Of a DNA stretch of 64,000 nucleotides, positions 1-12,432 are shown piece after piece (position 1 is the first letter of the stretch; each line of letters opens with the position of its first letter). Source of the stretch: Folioceros fuciformis (taxonomy: Eukaryota); contig JBNGIO010006289.1 in NCBI GenBank assembly GCA_049999805.1, positions 601,141 to 665,140 on the forward strand, written 5' to 3'. A program made the translations under genes and the position numbers. Under the pieces are notes generated by a model. The model was not told the DNA's origin, did no database searches, and worked only from the letters and a program-made list of their open reading frames with translations.

Positions 1-1233
1 TCCTCCACAAGCGGCCTGACCAGACCGGAAATTCACACATTGAATTAAACAGACAAGACGTTGAGATGGCTACAAGGAGCTAGCTGACCATGGTGCCGTT
101 GGAGGCCGAGCTGGGGCCGACAACGGGGCCAGGGCCAGGCTCCGGGCCTGCCCCGGACGACGACGGCTCCGCAGCTTCGCGGGGCCGTTTCCTACTACCC
201 TTGAGTCTGGCCATCGAGGGGATTGCGAATCCCCAGTGCCAGTCACCGCAGATGGCGGAGGCAAGTCCACAATGTGCCAGTCAGAGAGGAGCAGCACCAG
301 CGGACGGGTCGCGAAGCAAGCCCAAGGCCTGGCGGCTTCTGAGCTCAAAGGGCTGCTTCCACACTTAGCACCTGCCTCTTCACCCTCGGCAGGTGCTGCT
401 CTCAGAGCACAACTCAAATCCACCGCTTCTCACGGGCAGCGAGTCAAAGGCAAACCCTACACCAAGGGCGCCCGAATTCGAAAATGTGGGCGGGTCCCCT
501 ACCAAAGCAACAGTCACTACCCAGACTGGTGGTCTATGTCCAGTCTGCAGATGTATGGACTCAACCCGTGGGACACAGCTTGTGGTTTGCACGCCTTGTA
601 ACCTATTCAAATGCTCTAAAGCAGTCCGATAGAATCCAAAAAACGTAGACTGCCACATCGGCGTAAGTGTTGGGAACGTAAGAGAAAAATATATTTATTA
701 AATTTTGTTTTTGTTTTCTATTATATTATTATTTCGATGTTGCACTATCTCGTGGGGTGGACCACGTATCTTTTCTGTTGTGGAAGTTTACATTAGAGTC
801 TACTAAGTTCATAAAGTCCAAAGTTTAAGTTAGGTCTTAAGTTTGTAAGTTCTCTTGTATGTAATATATTTAAGATCCATAGTTTATACTATAGTAAACG
901 TTAATAATACCTCTTTATGGATTGGACTCTAAAATTATAAAACAACTCATTATCTCTTCTTCATAGAGAATATAAATTTATATATTATTTATAGTAAAAG
1001 AGTTTAAAATTAATATTTTTTTATATTCTCCCTCACCAACTCTTCTATATATACCTCCGACCTGCCCTTGCCCTTGTCTCGGTCTGTTGATTGAATTGTT
1101 GTATATACCTATATGATAAGTGATTAAAATACTATTTATTTATTTGTTTATTTATTTATTTCAATAAATTAAATGAATAGCATATGGAATGGATGGTTTT
1201 TACGAAGGCATGGCAGATATGACATATTCGAGC

Positions 1234-1245
1234 CCTAACCCTAAA
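1234..1245 (+). promoter_or_regulatory. Telo-box-like element upstream of eIF3j
   Basis: CCCTAACCCTAA ~490 nt upstream of the eIF3j ATG, with a GGCCCA (site II-like) motif at ~1674. This pairing is known in promoters of plant translation genes, but the motifs are short and could occur by chance. Confidence 0.35.
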
Positions 1246-1727
1246 ATGGTCGCCACATAACTTACCACGCGTCTAGACATCCCGGCTTTTCTCGAAGTTC
1301 GTGCCAGTGCTTGCCAGAGTGTGGATCCTCGCCAGCCGCGATCTGCTTTCACCGCGCACTTGGGGTGATCCTGTGCTGGGCATCGCTGCTTCGGTCTCAA
1401 CTCCACTACCCGAATCCATGTCTACTGCTTCCCACTTGCATTGGTTGCTGCCGTTTGTCTTGCCCCCAGGCCAACCCGGCATTGCTAGTTGCGTTTTTAG
1501 CAGCAAGGGGTTGTGTGGATCGCTGCGAAATATATGATGTGAAGGGGAGGAAACCCCTGCGATGGTGCCCAGGGTTTCGATCAGGCCGTGGCTTGCATCG
1601 GCCCGTGGATTGTGACCGGCTTCTGAACTCCAGCCGAGGGAGTGCAACAGGGTGACAGTAATCTAAGTAGGGTGGCCCAAGTTGCCGCTGTCCATCTTCT
1701 GCGCCAGCTTAACCCCAACCGTGAGCT

Positions 1728-3084
1728 ATGGATGATGACTGGGGTATGCTCGTACTCCGCAATTCATGTTTGACGGTCCGCCAGGGACTGTGACGCTCAT
1801 TTTCTGTCTTGCGGGCTCGCTCAGCCTTTTATGTCGTCCGGGTTATGCTGTTTTGGCTGGGCTTACACCTGTATCCCAGCTCCGTGGTAGAGTCTTCATT
1901 ATCGCGTGCATCGGCTGTTGCAGATGCGGACGATTTTGTCCCGCCTGCCCCTGTTGTAGCGAAACCGGAGCCATCGAAGAGTCCTTGGGAAGATGAAGAG
2001 GATGCTGAAGAAGTTGTGAAAACTTCGTGGGAAGATGAGGATGCACCGAATGCTGTAAGTTCTTTTCAGGGATTGATGAAGTTTGTGCTCGCTGGAATTG
2101 TATCCATTTCGTGCGCTTGCGCACCGCAGAGTTGGCGAGTTGGATAGTAGCATCAATGCTCGCAGCCTGGCCTTGGATAATCCTGGTTGGGGACCCTAAA
2201 GATTGCTGTTCTAGCTGAAACAGGCCTCGGGTGTGGCTTCGAACCCTCCACCACCGAAGCCGAAAGCTGAGAAGAAGAAGGCCGTCGAACCCAAGAAAAA
2301 GAAGGTTGCAGACGAAAGGCTGGCAGACCCTGCGGCTGAGAAGCTTCGGCAACAGAGGTACCTTGGTTAGATTCAATTCGTGTTCTCCGTTGACTCCTAG
2401 AGTTTCTAGGTGAAGTGAGTTTCACAGGTCTCTTTCCGTCATCAAAGCAGACTTATTGAGGAGGCTGACTATCAGTCCACAACGGAGTTATTTGGCCAAA
2501 GCAAAGAGGGTGGCCATACGCTAGACAACTTCATCCCCAAGTCCGAGGAGGACTTCTTGGAGTATGCGGAGTTACTGGCATCTAAGCTGAAGCCCTTTGA
2601 GGTCTGTTTTGAGGACACTCGGTGATTTCCGGTTTGTATATGGTGCTTCATTGTTGGCCGATGGCCTCCTTTGGGTGTGCGAAGCGTTGATCAGGTGTAC
2701 ATTGTCTCCTTCCAGAAAAGCTTCCATTACCTTACGATGCTCAAGACTTTGGTGAAGCTCTCTGTGGGATCTCTCAAAGCTGCAGATGCTAAGGAGTTGG
2801 CCTCCAGTGCAACTGTTGTCGCAAATGAGAAGCTGAAGGCGGAAAAGGATGCTGCTGGAAAGAAGAAGTCTGGTGAGCCTTGCTCACCTTGCAATCACAT
2901 TACTGGCTGAGGCTCTTGGTACCGGATGTCCGTATGTTTCGTCGTAGGAGTCGGATTTCGTGGTTGTATCAATTGTACTGGTATTTGTGCAGGGCCCAAG
3001 AAGAAGCAGCTTCATGTTGACAAACCTGACGACGACGGCTTTGGCGTCGCCTACGACGACGCGGACGACTATGATTTCATGTGA
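1728..3084 (+). CDS. eIF3j: Eukaryotic translation initiation factor 3 subunit J (6 exons)
   Basis: ATG at 1728 (MDDDW) followed by a GT donor; exons ~1728-1743, 1924-2054, 2214-2357, 2452-2600, 2716-2872, 2993-3084. Spliced product has acidic WEDEE/WEDED motifs, DPAAEKLRQQRLIEEADY, LDNFIPKSEEDFLEYAELL, ANEKLKAEK and a C-terminal DDYDFM*, typical of eIF3j. Confidence 0.93.
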
Positions 3085-3673
3085 ACTCGGCTAGTAGGAC
3101 ATCTATTTTTTTATTTCGTACCCTTCAGATTCTTCTGTGCGTGCGGGTCCTCTTCTTCATGGGGTGGACTTGTAGCTTCGGCAGCCTCTGGTTTCATCGT
3201 TCGTTCTTGAGTTTTTGGGAGATAAGTTTTGAAAGGTGTATTATCCTGTTCCTTGAAGTGTACGCTCTCCGCTCTCCGTTCTCCGTCAAGTGCGTGCTGC
3301 GGAGGCTTAACCTCAGGCTGATCAACTCTGTGGTCCGTAACACGTTGGACGATGTCACTTATGCGGACTAAAACCGCAGTCCCATGACCAAAGGTTGGGA
3401 GCTTTTAATTCGAAGTACGCGTACGGACGGGAGCATGAGGATGAGCCTCGGAAGGCTGATTTATCGCAGAGACATGCGGAGTGCTTTTCCTATCTGACGA
3501 CCCCAAGGAGTTCACGTTTACCAAGGAAGCTGTTGAGACTTGTAGGGCACCGAAGCGGTACGTTGACCACGTATATCACAGACGCGGGGAAGCAGGTCCA
3601 AGCTCACAAGTTCGATGAAGAGACGAAGGAGAAGGTGGTTGTGCATACAAAGAGGAGAAAGAGATGTGCCAAT

Positions 3674-4522
3674 CTAAATGGTCTGAAACGACTCGTGAAT
3701 GTGGCGGAGCAGTTGCTCATCACGGGCCCAGTCCTGCACAGGAGCTTTGACAAAATGAGCATACAACTTATTCTTAGCGCAGGTGACAGAGATCAGGCCA
3801 TGAGCCACCGGACTGTCGATTTCATAGTCGTAGTAAATCTGGCCCTTGTCATCCTGACGATCCGACGCCTTGATTTCATCAGCGAAAGAAATGATGTCCT
3901 GCAGAGTTACATCGGAGAGGGCAAGGTTGTCCAGGACAGCGTCTCGGGGAGCTAGCTTCCGGAAGCCCGATAGGAAGGTTAGGTAAACCTTCTCCTCCTT
4001 TCTCTTGGGATTGTAGAATTCGCTATCTGTGCCGTTGGTTCCCTTCTCCACCTTAGAGATGAGCCGCTCTTTCCAGCCCTGCGGAACTTCGAAGGTGTAC
4101 TCCGCCGTGTCCCTCTTGCTAGAATTGCCGCCATAACCCCCATAGCTGGATGCACTGGCAGCGGTGCCGAAGTAGACATTGAAGTTGACGGTGTCTGCAG
4201 CCATAACAGGGGACCCTCCCGCCATCAGTGCAGCGGCCAGCGCTCCCACCAGTCCCAACTTCACCGCACCGGAGCCATGCAAGCTTGATCCCGAGCACGG
4301 CGCCGCCGCACGCTCCACCATGGCTTCCTCCGACTGCAGCCCCTCCCGAGCTTGGACGCGCCATTGCCTGCCGTCCTTCCACCCGTTGGCCCCATTCCTG
4401 CGCATGCACAAGAACGCTTCAGCATTGGCACCCGCTCCTCCCGGATGCGTCTGCTTGCTGCTGCTGCCAGATGCGGGTGCCGCGCACACTATGGCGGCCG
4501 AGCCGCACGCTGTGGACGCCAT
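3674..4522 (-). CDS. PPD4: PsbP domain-containing thylakoid lumen protein (PPD4-like), intronless
   Basis: 282-aa ORF with a plastid transit peptide and hydrophobic lumen signal, then VYFGTAASASSYGGYGGN, GWKERLISKVEKGTNGTDSEFYNP and LISVTCAKNKLYAHFV, matching PPD4 as recalled. Confidence 0.88.
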   Translation of the reverse strand: MASTACGSAAIVCAAPASGSSSKQTHPGGAGANAEAFLCMRRNGANGWKDGRQWRVQAREGLQSEEAMVERAAAPCSGSSLHGSGAVKLGLVGALAAALMAGGSPVMAADTVNFNVYFGTAASASSYGGYGGNSSKRDTAEYTFEVPQGWKERLISKVEKGTNGTDSEFYNPKRKEEKVYLTFLSGFRKLAPRDAVLDNLALSDVTLQDIISFADEIKASDRQDDKGQIYYDYEIDSPVAHGLISVTCAKNKLYAHFVKAPVQDWARDEQLLRHIHESFQTI

Positions 4523-5307
4523 TGTTCCAAATCCAGCACACTTGCGCGAGTGTACGAGAAGCCCGCGAGTGACGATCCGCAGAGGATAAGGAAACTGATG
4601 ACAGCTCGGTTCAGACTCCGGCTATTCGTTAGAAAAGTAAAAGCCTCGGCTCTCTCGCTTCTCGTTGGCTATGGCAGCACCCTCGACTCCTGACGGTGCC
4701 GGAGCCGGTGACTCTGGAGTGTGTTACTGGACTCCCGTTCTCCAAGCTAGGGGCCGTATGATCCCACACTCCCTAAGGGTTCACACAAAGATCTAATGAA
4801 CTCCTCGTTCCACAACCTGTTCCTTCACAACTGTACGCGGTTTAACCCCCGTGCAACACAGAGAGTGACATTTAGCAGGTTTTGGGAGGTGCGGCCTCTC
4901 CATCCGAAAGCTCCCCCTGCTTCCAGTAAAAGAGCCGAGACAGGGCCAATTTCCGAGCTCAAACGCGCTTGCTAGGTTCAGGCGTATCTGGGGCTGGAGC
5001 CCGAATGAGACGCACCATTGTCCATCTGCTCACCCAAGGAGGCAGCTTTTCATCAACCCAAGCTGGCGTCCACTTATTTTCCCACGGCAGCCTTAGCTAT
5101 GATCCAATGCCTTGTCTACTTCCTATATTTCTCTACTTGTTGACGACTTCACATGCTCTCCTAAAATCACCCATCTAGAGTGGGCTAATAGCATGCCCCT
5201 CATTGATGCCTAGGCCCAAGCGACTAAGACCCACACAAGAAACACTTTTAGTAGGGCATTCCATAACATGAGCCCTTGAGACCTAGATAGTTGAAACTCA
5301 TGTAGCC

Positions 5308-5462
5308 ACACTGTAGAGCATCTACATCAGCCTTTCTTGCATTGAAGAGCATCCACAACGGCCTTTCTCGCACTGAGGAGCATCCACAACGGCCTTTCTC
5401 GCACTGAAGAGCATCCACAATGGCGTTTCTCGCAATGAAGAGCATGCACAATAGCCTTTCTC
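5308..5462. repeat. 31-bp tandem minisatellite, ~5 copies
   Basis: Unit ~GCACTGARGAGCATCCACAACGGCCTTTCTC repeated head-to-tail with no spacers; the first and last copies are degenerate. Confidence 0.9.
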
Positions 5463-7916
5463 ACCCTCCTTGCTTGTGCAATGTTGCCTGTAGTCCCCTT
5501 AACTAGAAACTAGAGTGCATAGTAAGATTAGAGTGGAAGTAGGAGAGACAGGAGGGTGGGAAAAAGTTTTGTGCGCACTAGCAAGTGGCAATGGAGTGTA
5601 ATTGGTTGTTCGCACATGGGCCAAAGTTGTGGTTTCTAGTTTGCTTCAGGGATAGGTCCTCCTTGGCAAGGGGATTTTTTTCGTCCAAACACCCAAACAA
5701 GAAGGCGGAGCTAGTGGGTTTTATTGGTCCAGGCACCCCATTGGATGGGAGGAGGGTGCGGTTTGTTATAAAAAAGGGGCAAGTATCTTCCTTCAAGCAT
5801 GAAAGGGGACTGGAGGAGGATGCCTTGTGTAAAGAAAGGGGGAAATGGGTTTTCTGATCTCCACGAAGAGGAGAGCGGAGGAGGAGATGTCGTATGTGCT
5901 AAAAAAAAAGAAAAAGAAAAGAGAGCGAGGACCGACGACTCTGTCCTCTTGGGTATATCATATGCACCACATATGTACGTGTATGTGAAGGTGGAGGGAC
6001 CCTGTGCATTTAGCATTGGTTGGGTCGGGTGGAGACGAAGACGAAGGGTGCAGTGGGGACAAGCAAGCGTACAGCGCAATAGATCGAAGCAGGAGTTACC
6101 AATTAATATAAACAAGTGGACGAGTGTTGGTCACCACGCTTCTGGCACACGATCCCTGCAAATGGCAAGTGAGAGCCAGGGCTTGGGATGGATGGATGGA
6201 TAGCATAAAGTTAAGGCAGGAGCACAAAGCCTATATGTATGTATGTACCAGATTCTCCACGTGGTTGGGAGTTTGTCCTGTGCAATTCTGGTGCAGAGAA
6301 GGGGGCTGCCTGTCCTGTAAAAGAGGGGCTCCCCCTCAAATCAAGCCAGGCTCATCAGAACCGAAATTTGATGGGATGAGAAGGAAGCGACCAAGAAGAT
6401 GAGGCATCTGTAGACGAAAGGTATCTGATCCCATTGCGCTGAGCGGCTGCCAGTACCAGTGCCGATGTGAAGAGTGGTAGCTCGGTCCCACAACCTACCG
6501 AGAATCGAAGGAGAACCACTGGCGTGAACAATCTCATTTCCCCACCCAGCACGATACGAGGCGACGGGTCCCACAGCTCGCCGGCAACGGCCAGAATGGG
6601 CGGGACGGAACGGAGCGGTGGTAGTGCGTTAATGGGTATCCTTGCTTGCATGCCGACACAGTGCGTCCTCTCCGGCTCCGGTCCAGGGCAAGAAGGCACC
6701 TGCCCAACGGCGCCTGAAACGTACCGTAATATTAGTAGCATCTGTCGCCAGCGGAGTCCCAGGATGGATGATTCCTTCCTCCCCTATGCCATTGTGCGTC
6801 TGGGACAGAGGCGAATGGCGTGCTTTGCTTTCCGCCATGGCAGCACGGGGAATAACAATAATCTAGATTGGACATACGATCACATACTCGGCCGCAAGCT
6901 GTGTACGTAGCCTGGCTCATCGTCCATCCCGGATTCAACACGTCGTGTGGACGATGGGGCGACGGATAGATGCGCTGGATTCCCCGGCCCACCGAATGCC
7001 GCCCTCATGTTTCCCTCTCTCTTCCTGATACACCACACGTTTGGAAGAATTTGCAAGATATGCGTTGTACAGTGACTTGCAGGCGTGCGATTGTAGGAGA
7101 GGCCCATGGCATCGCACCGGCATTGGGCATGCAATGGCAGCGATTGCAGGTCCGCAGCCCTGCAGCTGCTCCACTCCTTTCACCCATTTTCTTCCTCTGC
7201 CATGGATGTAAATGCGGTGCGAAAGTGTTACATATGTAATTAGTTGACTGTGGCCGCCTGCGAAGATCACCTCTGTGGAGGCAGGAAGGGGCCCTGGGAC
7301 CCCCTTCGCTGGGACCCATCTCCAAGCATGGGCCCTGGCCCGCGTCTGGGGCTACTTGCACTTGTCGTTCACTACCCATCAGCAGGAGCAGCAGGAGGAG
7401 AAGGCGATGATGTCATGCTTTCGCTTGTGAGCTACACCTTTTCCCCCTTTAGCTTTCCACCAGGGTACTGTAACCCTGGCCAGCCTGAGACGCCAACAAA
7501 TTTCAACTCCGACCCCGACCTCCCTACGTCCCACCATTGTGTGTCGCCCTTTGCCGCATCTCTTTCTCCTGGCTGCTGGCCAAACCTCCACCCCCTGCGA
7601 CACGCACGAAGTGCCAGAAGAGCTGCAGCTACGCTAGCCGGCACTGTCGTTTGCTTGCTTCCTTCTCCCCTTGCCTTGCTGCCCTCCCTCCGTGTGGAGC
7701 AAGATCATGGCTTCCGGATGAGGCGGTGGAATTGGGCACGCTGATGAAGTGGTGCTAGCACGGCCCTGTCATGGGTTTTCACGCCTCGACCTTGCTCCGC
7801 TTCTGCTTCTGGGAATGCGAGCGATGCTGTGGCATGTGGTGACATGGGCTGAAAGGCGGTCTTGACGACAATCCGCCTGGATCCGGAGGCGTCACTTGTG
7901 GGGGGGACCCAGCTAG

Positions 7917-9301
7917 ATGGCATCCTCCGCCAGCAACAGCCGCCACTGGATCAGCTACCTAGCGGATAATCTGCTAGATTCGGTGGATTGTGAAGAAATC
8001 AACCTCAATCCCCCTCAGATTGAAGAGTCTAATATCTTTTGGTGTTCCCCGGGCATCAATGGATGCTCTGGATTCGGATGCCAGAATGACTGCTTCAGGT
8101 GAGGGTACAGCAGCAGCCCTTCCAGGTTTTGTATGGCTGGCCATGATGGGAAGGCTGGTTTTCTATGTTCTTCTGGGGTGGCAGCTGTAGCTGTTGGTGC
8201 CTCAGCTGTGCGCATGACGCTTCTTCACTCTCCAAACATGTGGCTTCTCTGCCCTGCAGTGTGGACAATGACTGCTCGGTGGGAGCGGATTCAGATGAAA
8301 TCTCGGATAAGTTCTGCGCCAGGAAGAGGTGGGTGGTCAGGTTACCCTGCATCCTCTCCTCCTCCCCGCATCCCTTGCGGCTGCACCTAGCTCCATTTGT
8401 GCGCAACCGAACGTGAACCTGTCTGGTGTGCAGGTGCAGGGAGCCTGACAACTGCATTAACGCGGCTGGAGTTAAAGCATGTCGGGAGAAGATGCGAAGG
8501 GACAGGCTTAATGACAGGTCGGTAGCTTTTCAGGTATGCTGTTCAACGTGGCTTAAGCGACAGCATACTGGCCGACTATGCAAGCAAAGCTACATTTGGT
8601 CAAGAGCTTGCTTACAGTTGCTGCCATGCTCATGGTCTTACGCGCAGCGTTCCATCGTTGTCGTGTTTCTGTTTGCCTTTCAGCAGGTTTGTGGAGCTGA
8701 GTAAAGTCTTGGATCCCAACAGACCTCCCAAGACCGATAAGTCTGCAATATTGAACGACACCGTCCGGATAGTGTGTCAGCTCCGAACTGAAGTGAAAGA
8801 GCTGAAAACATCGAACGCGCAACTACGAGAGGCCTTGAAGGACTTGAAGGTGAGTACTTGAACGCCGCTGCCCCAAGTTGATGGCCAGAGGAGGACACGG
8901 ACACGCTTCTGCTGCCGTATGTGTGTGACATGCTTTTGTGGAAACTGGTGCACCAGGAAGAGAAGAATGACCTTAGGGATGAGAAGGTGAGGCTGAAGGT
9001 GCACAAGGAGCAACTGGAACTGCAGATTAGAGCACTCACTGTCCTACCAGTTGGGGGGCACTTCGGCATGGCCCATGGTCTCTCCGCCAACATGGTCCAT
9101 ACGGCGGCTGCTGCTGTAGCTGCTTTAGCTGCTCAGACGTTGGCATCCAGTAAGGGACTGCTGCAAGGAGGAGGTAGCTTCAACCCGGGTTTGATGACCA
9201 CTCCACAGTATTGGATGCCGCCTCCTATCCCTACCCCAACCTCTGCTCCCGAGAAGCCCGCAACAGCTCAGGACGGTGCAGCTCACCCATCAGCCTCTTG
9301 A
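7917..9301 (+). CDS. bHLH subgroup IVc transcription factor (ILR3/bHLH104/115-like, iron-homeostasis family), 5 exons
   Basis: Exons ~7917-8098, 8260-8328, 8434-8517, 8688-8849, 8957-9301. Spliced product reads KACREKMRRDRLNDRFVELSKVLDPNRPPKTDKSAILND, then the zipper LKEEKNDLRDEKVRLKVHKEQLELQIRAL, then a YWMPP..QD tail. Confidence 0.9.
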
Positions 9302-9954
9302 CAATCTTTAACAGCGTCCAGGTGTAGAGTCTTTCATGATAACGTGGAGGTGGGCTCTCAGGATGTCGGTTTTTTGAGGCTAGTTTCGTTTACATCTGCC
9401 AGCAGTTACGGGTGGTCCTTCAATTCCAACTCTTGTGCGTACGCACGCACCTCAATGGTGCTGTTGCTGTGTGACAGGATGCTGCTTACGTCCAGGGGAT
9501 TAACAGATACATGGTGAGCTCGCCCTACCCTTTTTTCCTGACAGGAAACCTGTGACTTATTTCTCCATGTCTGTCGCCTAGTGGCTCAACGGTCCTAGCT
9601 AACTCTCCCCAAGTCAGTCGTGTCGTGGGTGAGTGTAATGACTCATTAACATTCTCACAACACATCCAGTCTTGGGAACAGTTTAATTTTTTTCATTCCA
9701 TATGTGCTACCTTCCTGCTGACCCAACGGCGTATGTACTGAAGTCCTTCACCGGTCGAATCCTCCCTTCCTTGAGATGTAACATACAGCACAGGGCATGC
9801 CTCATGTCCGTCGCAAGACGTGCGAACTTTCTTCACTTCTTTACCATACTATTATCAGTTTCCAGTTCTTGTATAGCTAGAAATTATTGTATCCTTTCAG
9901 CGAGAGGACGTGCTGCTCCTCTTCCTTACAGAGGTCAAAGATTTCTGCCTGTTT

Positions 9955-11856
9955 TCACATCATCTCCACTTTAGCTGAATTCCTGTCACAAGGGGAAGTT
10001 TGGAAACCAGAGTCGGCTTTGTAAATGTGAGCGAACAGCTCTTCTTCGTCTGGCTGAGGAGCTTCAATAGCTTTGGCGGCAGCGTCCTCTACTTCTTGCC
10101 GGATTTCCTTGTCCATGTTCTTCAGCTCTTCTCCTGTCGCTACGCCCTCCTACCAGCGTATCCAACCGTCAACATTACTTTCTCAGTTAAACGAATGAGA
10201 GTCATTTGAAACGCTGATGAGTCTATTATGACATTTTTCACCTTGGTGATGACTTTCCGGATGCTTTCAATAGGATCTCGGCGTTGCCTAATCCCTTGCA
10301 CTTCATTCCGAGTGCGGTAGGTAACCCCAGGATCGGACATGCTGTGCCCGTGATACCTGTACGTGTCACACTCCAGAACTATCGGACCCTGCAGCAAAAA
10401 TTTAGAGTGAGCAACGTAGCTGCAGCACAATGCAGGACCAGGACTCGAAGCTGGTAACAGGCTGTAAATCACCTTTCCTGAGAGGCAGAGTTCTTTGGCA
10501 AACTTGAAGGCGTTCTTCACCGCAAACACGTCCATTCCGTCGACCTGCAGAAGCAACAGTTGGTGCAAGTGCCGCAGCATCAACTTCTAAATGCGGACGG
10601 ATCCATCACCTTCAAACCGGGGAGATAGGGGATCCTATCGTAGAACGTTGTCTTTTTGGAAGCTCTCCACTCTGCGGTTCCCATGCCATACTACAGGCGA
10701 AACCGGTCAGGTGATGACGAGAAAAAAACAGTAAGACGGTGCAAAGCTAGTTTGCAACTACCATCCCTGCAAGAACCCCAACACTCACATGGTTGTTTTC
10801 CACCACAAGAATGAGGGGCAATTCCCAGAGGGCCGCGAGGTTTGCTGCTTCAGAGATTTGGCCCTATCATTGGAAAAATTCGTTAGCTAGTACCGACTGG
10901 TCGAAGCTGGCCCAGCTGCTGCGAGAAACGAAAAGCTTCTTTCTAAGCCCACTAGCAAGATCGCCCCTTATACCTGATTTGCAGCGCCGTCTCCATATAT
11001 AGCCACAGCCACATGATTCTTGCTTTGATACTTGAGAGCGAAGGCAAGTCCTGCCCCTAGCGGCGGAGTGGTGCCGACAATGCCCCATCCTCCGTAGAAG
11101 TTGTTCTCCTTTTTGAATAGGTGCATGGAGCCTCCCTGGCCACGGGAACATCCTGTCTGCTTTCCCATAAGTTCCGAAAACACTTCCTGCGCCAGGAAAA
11201 CAGCACGGTCCTTTACATCTCCATCACTAAATCCCAGTGCAGACCTTGAAGCACGCAATTCCCGTACACTGCACACAGTTGTTCATCAACGCCGTTTAGC
11301 TCTTACAAATAAGGTTCCTCCCCGGCTGTAGAAGACGCCGTGATCCCGGTATGCTGTTATGACGGCATCTTGGAAGGTGAGAGCCCCCTCCATTCCAACA
11401 CACACCGCCTCCTGTCCATCGTACAGGTGGCAGAATCCTCGAATCAGCTGGTTTTTGAACAGCTGCGACCATGAGACAACAAAAAATAATGAGAATCTTG
11501 TGAGAAGCCAGGCCCGAGAGCCAGGAAATTGTCAGTGCGCTGCTCACCATGTCAGCCTTGATCTCCATTCTCCGAATAGTCGCCATTTGGCGGTAGAAGA
11601 TGAGGAGCTCCTTAGCAGTGGTGTGCGCAGTCTCAGGCGGCCCGTTGTCGAGCAAGTAGGGGGTATACGGCACTGCGATTGGCACCTCGATTGAGCGACC
11701 ATCCTTCTGTCCCGCCTCGTTAGTCTCGGACGAAAAGAGACGAACTGCAGGAACTGGTTGCTGCATGTGGCTATGGTTGTACCCATGCTTCGCCCGAACT
11801 CCCCGAGCTCCAGCACAAAAAGATTTCAGCACAGCAGCACCAGCTCGGCTCCCCAT
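9955..11856 (-). CDS. Pyruvate dehydrogenase E1 alpha subunit, mitochondrial type, divergent paralog (8 exons)
   Basis: Spliced product contains [28 protein letters not shown], the TPP motif GDGAANQGQ...ENNH and [12 protein letters not shown]; the N-terminus resembles a mitochondrial presequence. Last exon ends ...[11 protein letters not shown] with TGA at 9957-9955. Confidence 0.92.
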
Positions 11857-12432
11857 CTTCAGCGCCGTGGCCTATGCTTCCCAACAGGCTCGCCAAAGGC
11901 GCTCGAGATCATGCACAAAGAAGAGGCCCTCAGGATCATGCACGAAGAAGAGGCGTCAGGATCGCGCATGCAGCAACTGAGTCTCAACCTTCGTTGTGGC
12001 CCGGCCGCGCCAGGTGGAGCAGATCCAAACCTGCCAAGTGTGCTAAAGGAATTACATTTTTTTTAATGAGAAATGATGACTTGACACTTAAATGCGGAAA
12101 AAGGGGTGGAAATTCCATGCAGCTCGTTACAATGGAACAACTTCAGCACAGAGGACGAGGGCAAGGGGAACTAGGCTCCACCTCATAAGGGAAGGGAGGG
12201 AACCGCGCAAAAAGCAAATTTACCGCTCCTCAAATTGACTGCATTAGGGACGTTGGAGTGCAACTGGGAGAAGGGGTGAAAGCTTTTCAAAGTTGAAGGC
12301 AAAGGCGGCACAGGATTCGCGCTCGGTGCAGGGCTGCAGTTGAAGTGCAAGGCCGTATGCGGCAGTAAATCCATCTCACGATCCATCTCCCGACTTCTCA
12401 CGGCTGCGCTGTTTTACATCTGACTTGGCGTC

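Noticed and set aside
3395-3955. 186-aa plus-strand ORF overlapping the PPD4 3' end
   Set aside because: TTG start, mostly antisense to PPD4, no recognisable domain.
5308-5462. 31-bp repeats as a possible CRISPR array
   Set aside because: Units are contiguous with no unique spacers, there are no cas genes, and the context is eukaryotic.
9955-11856. Divergent E1-alpha as the plastid PDH subunit (because of RGQGGSMH)
   Set aside because: [21 protein letters not shown] and [12 protein letters not shown], plus the presequence style, are mitochondrial-type.
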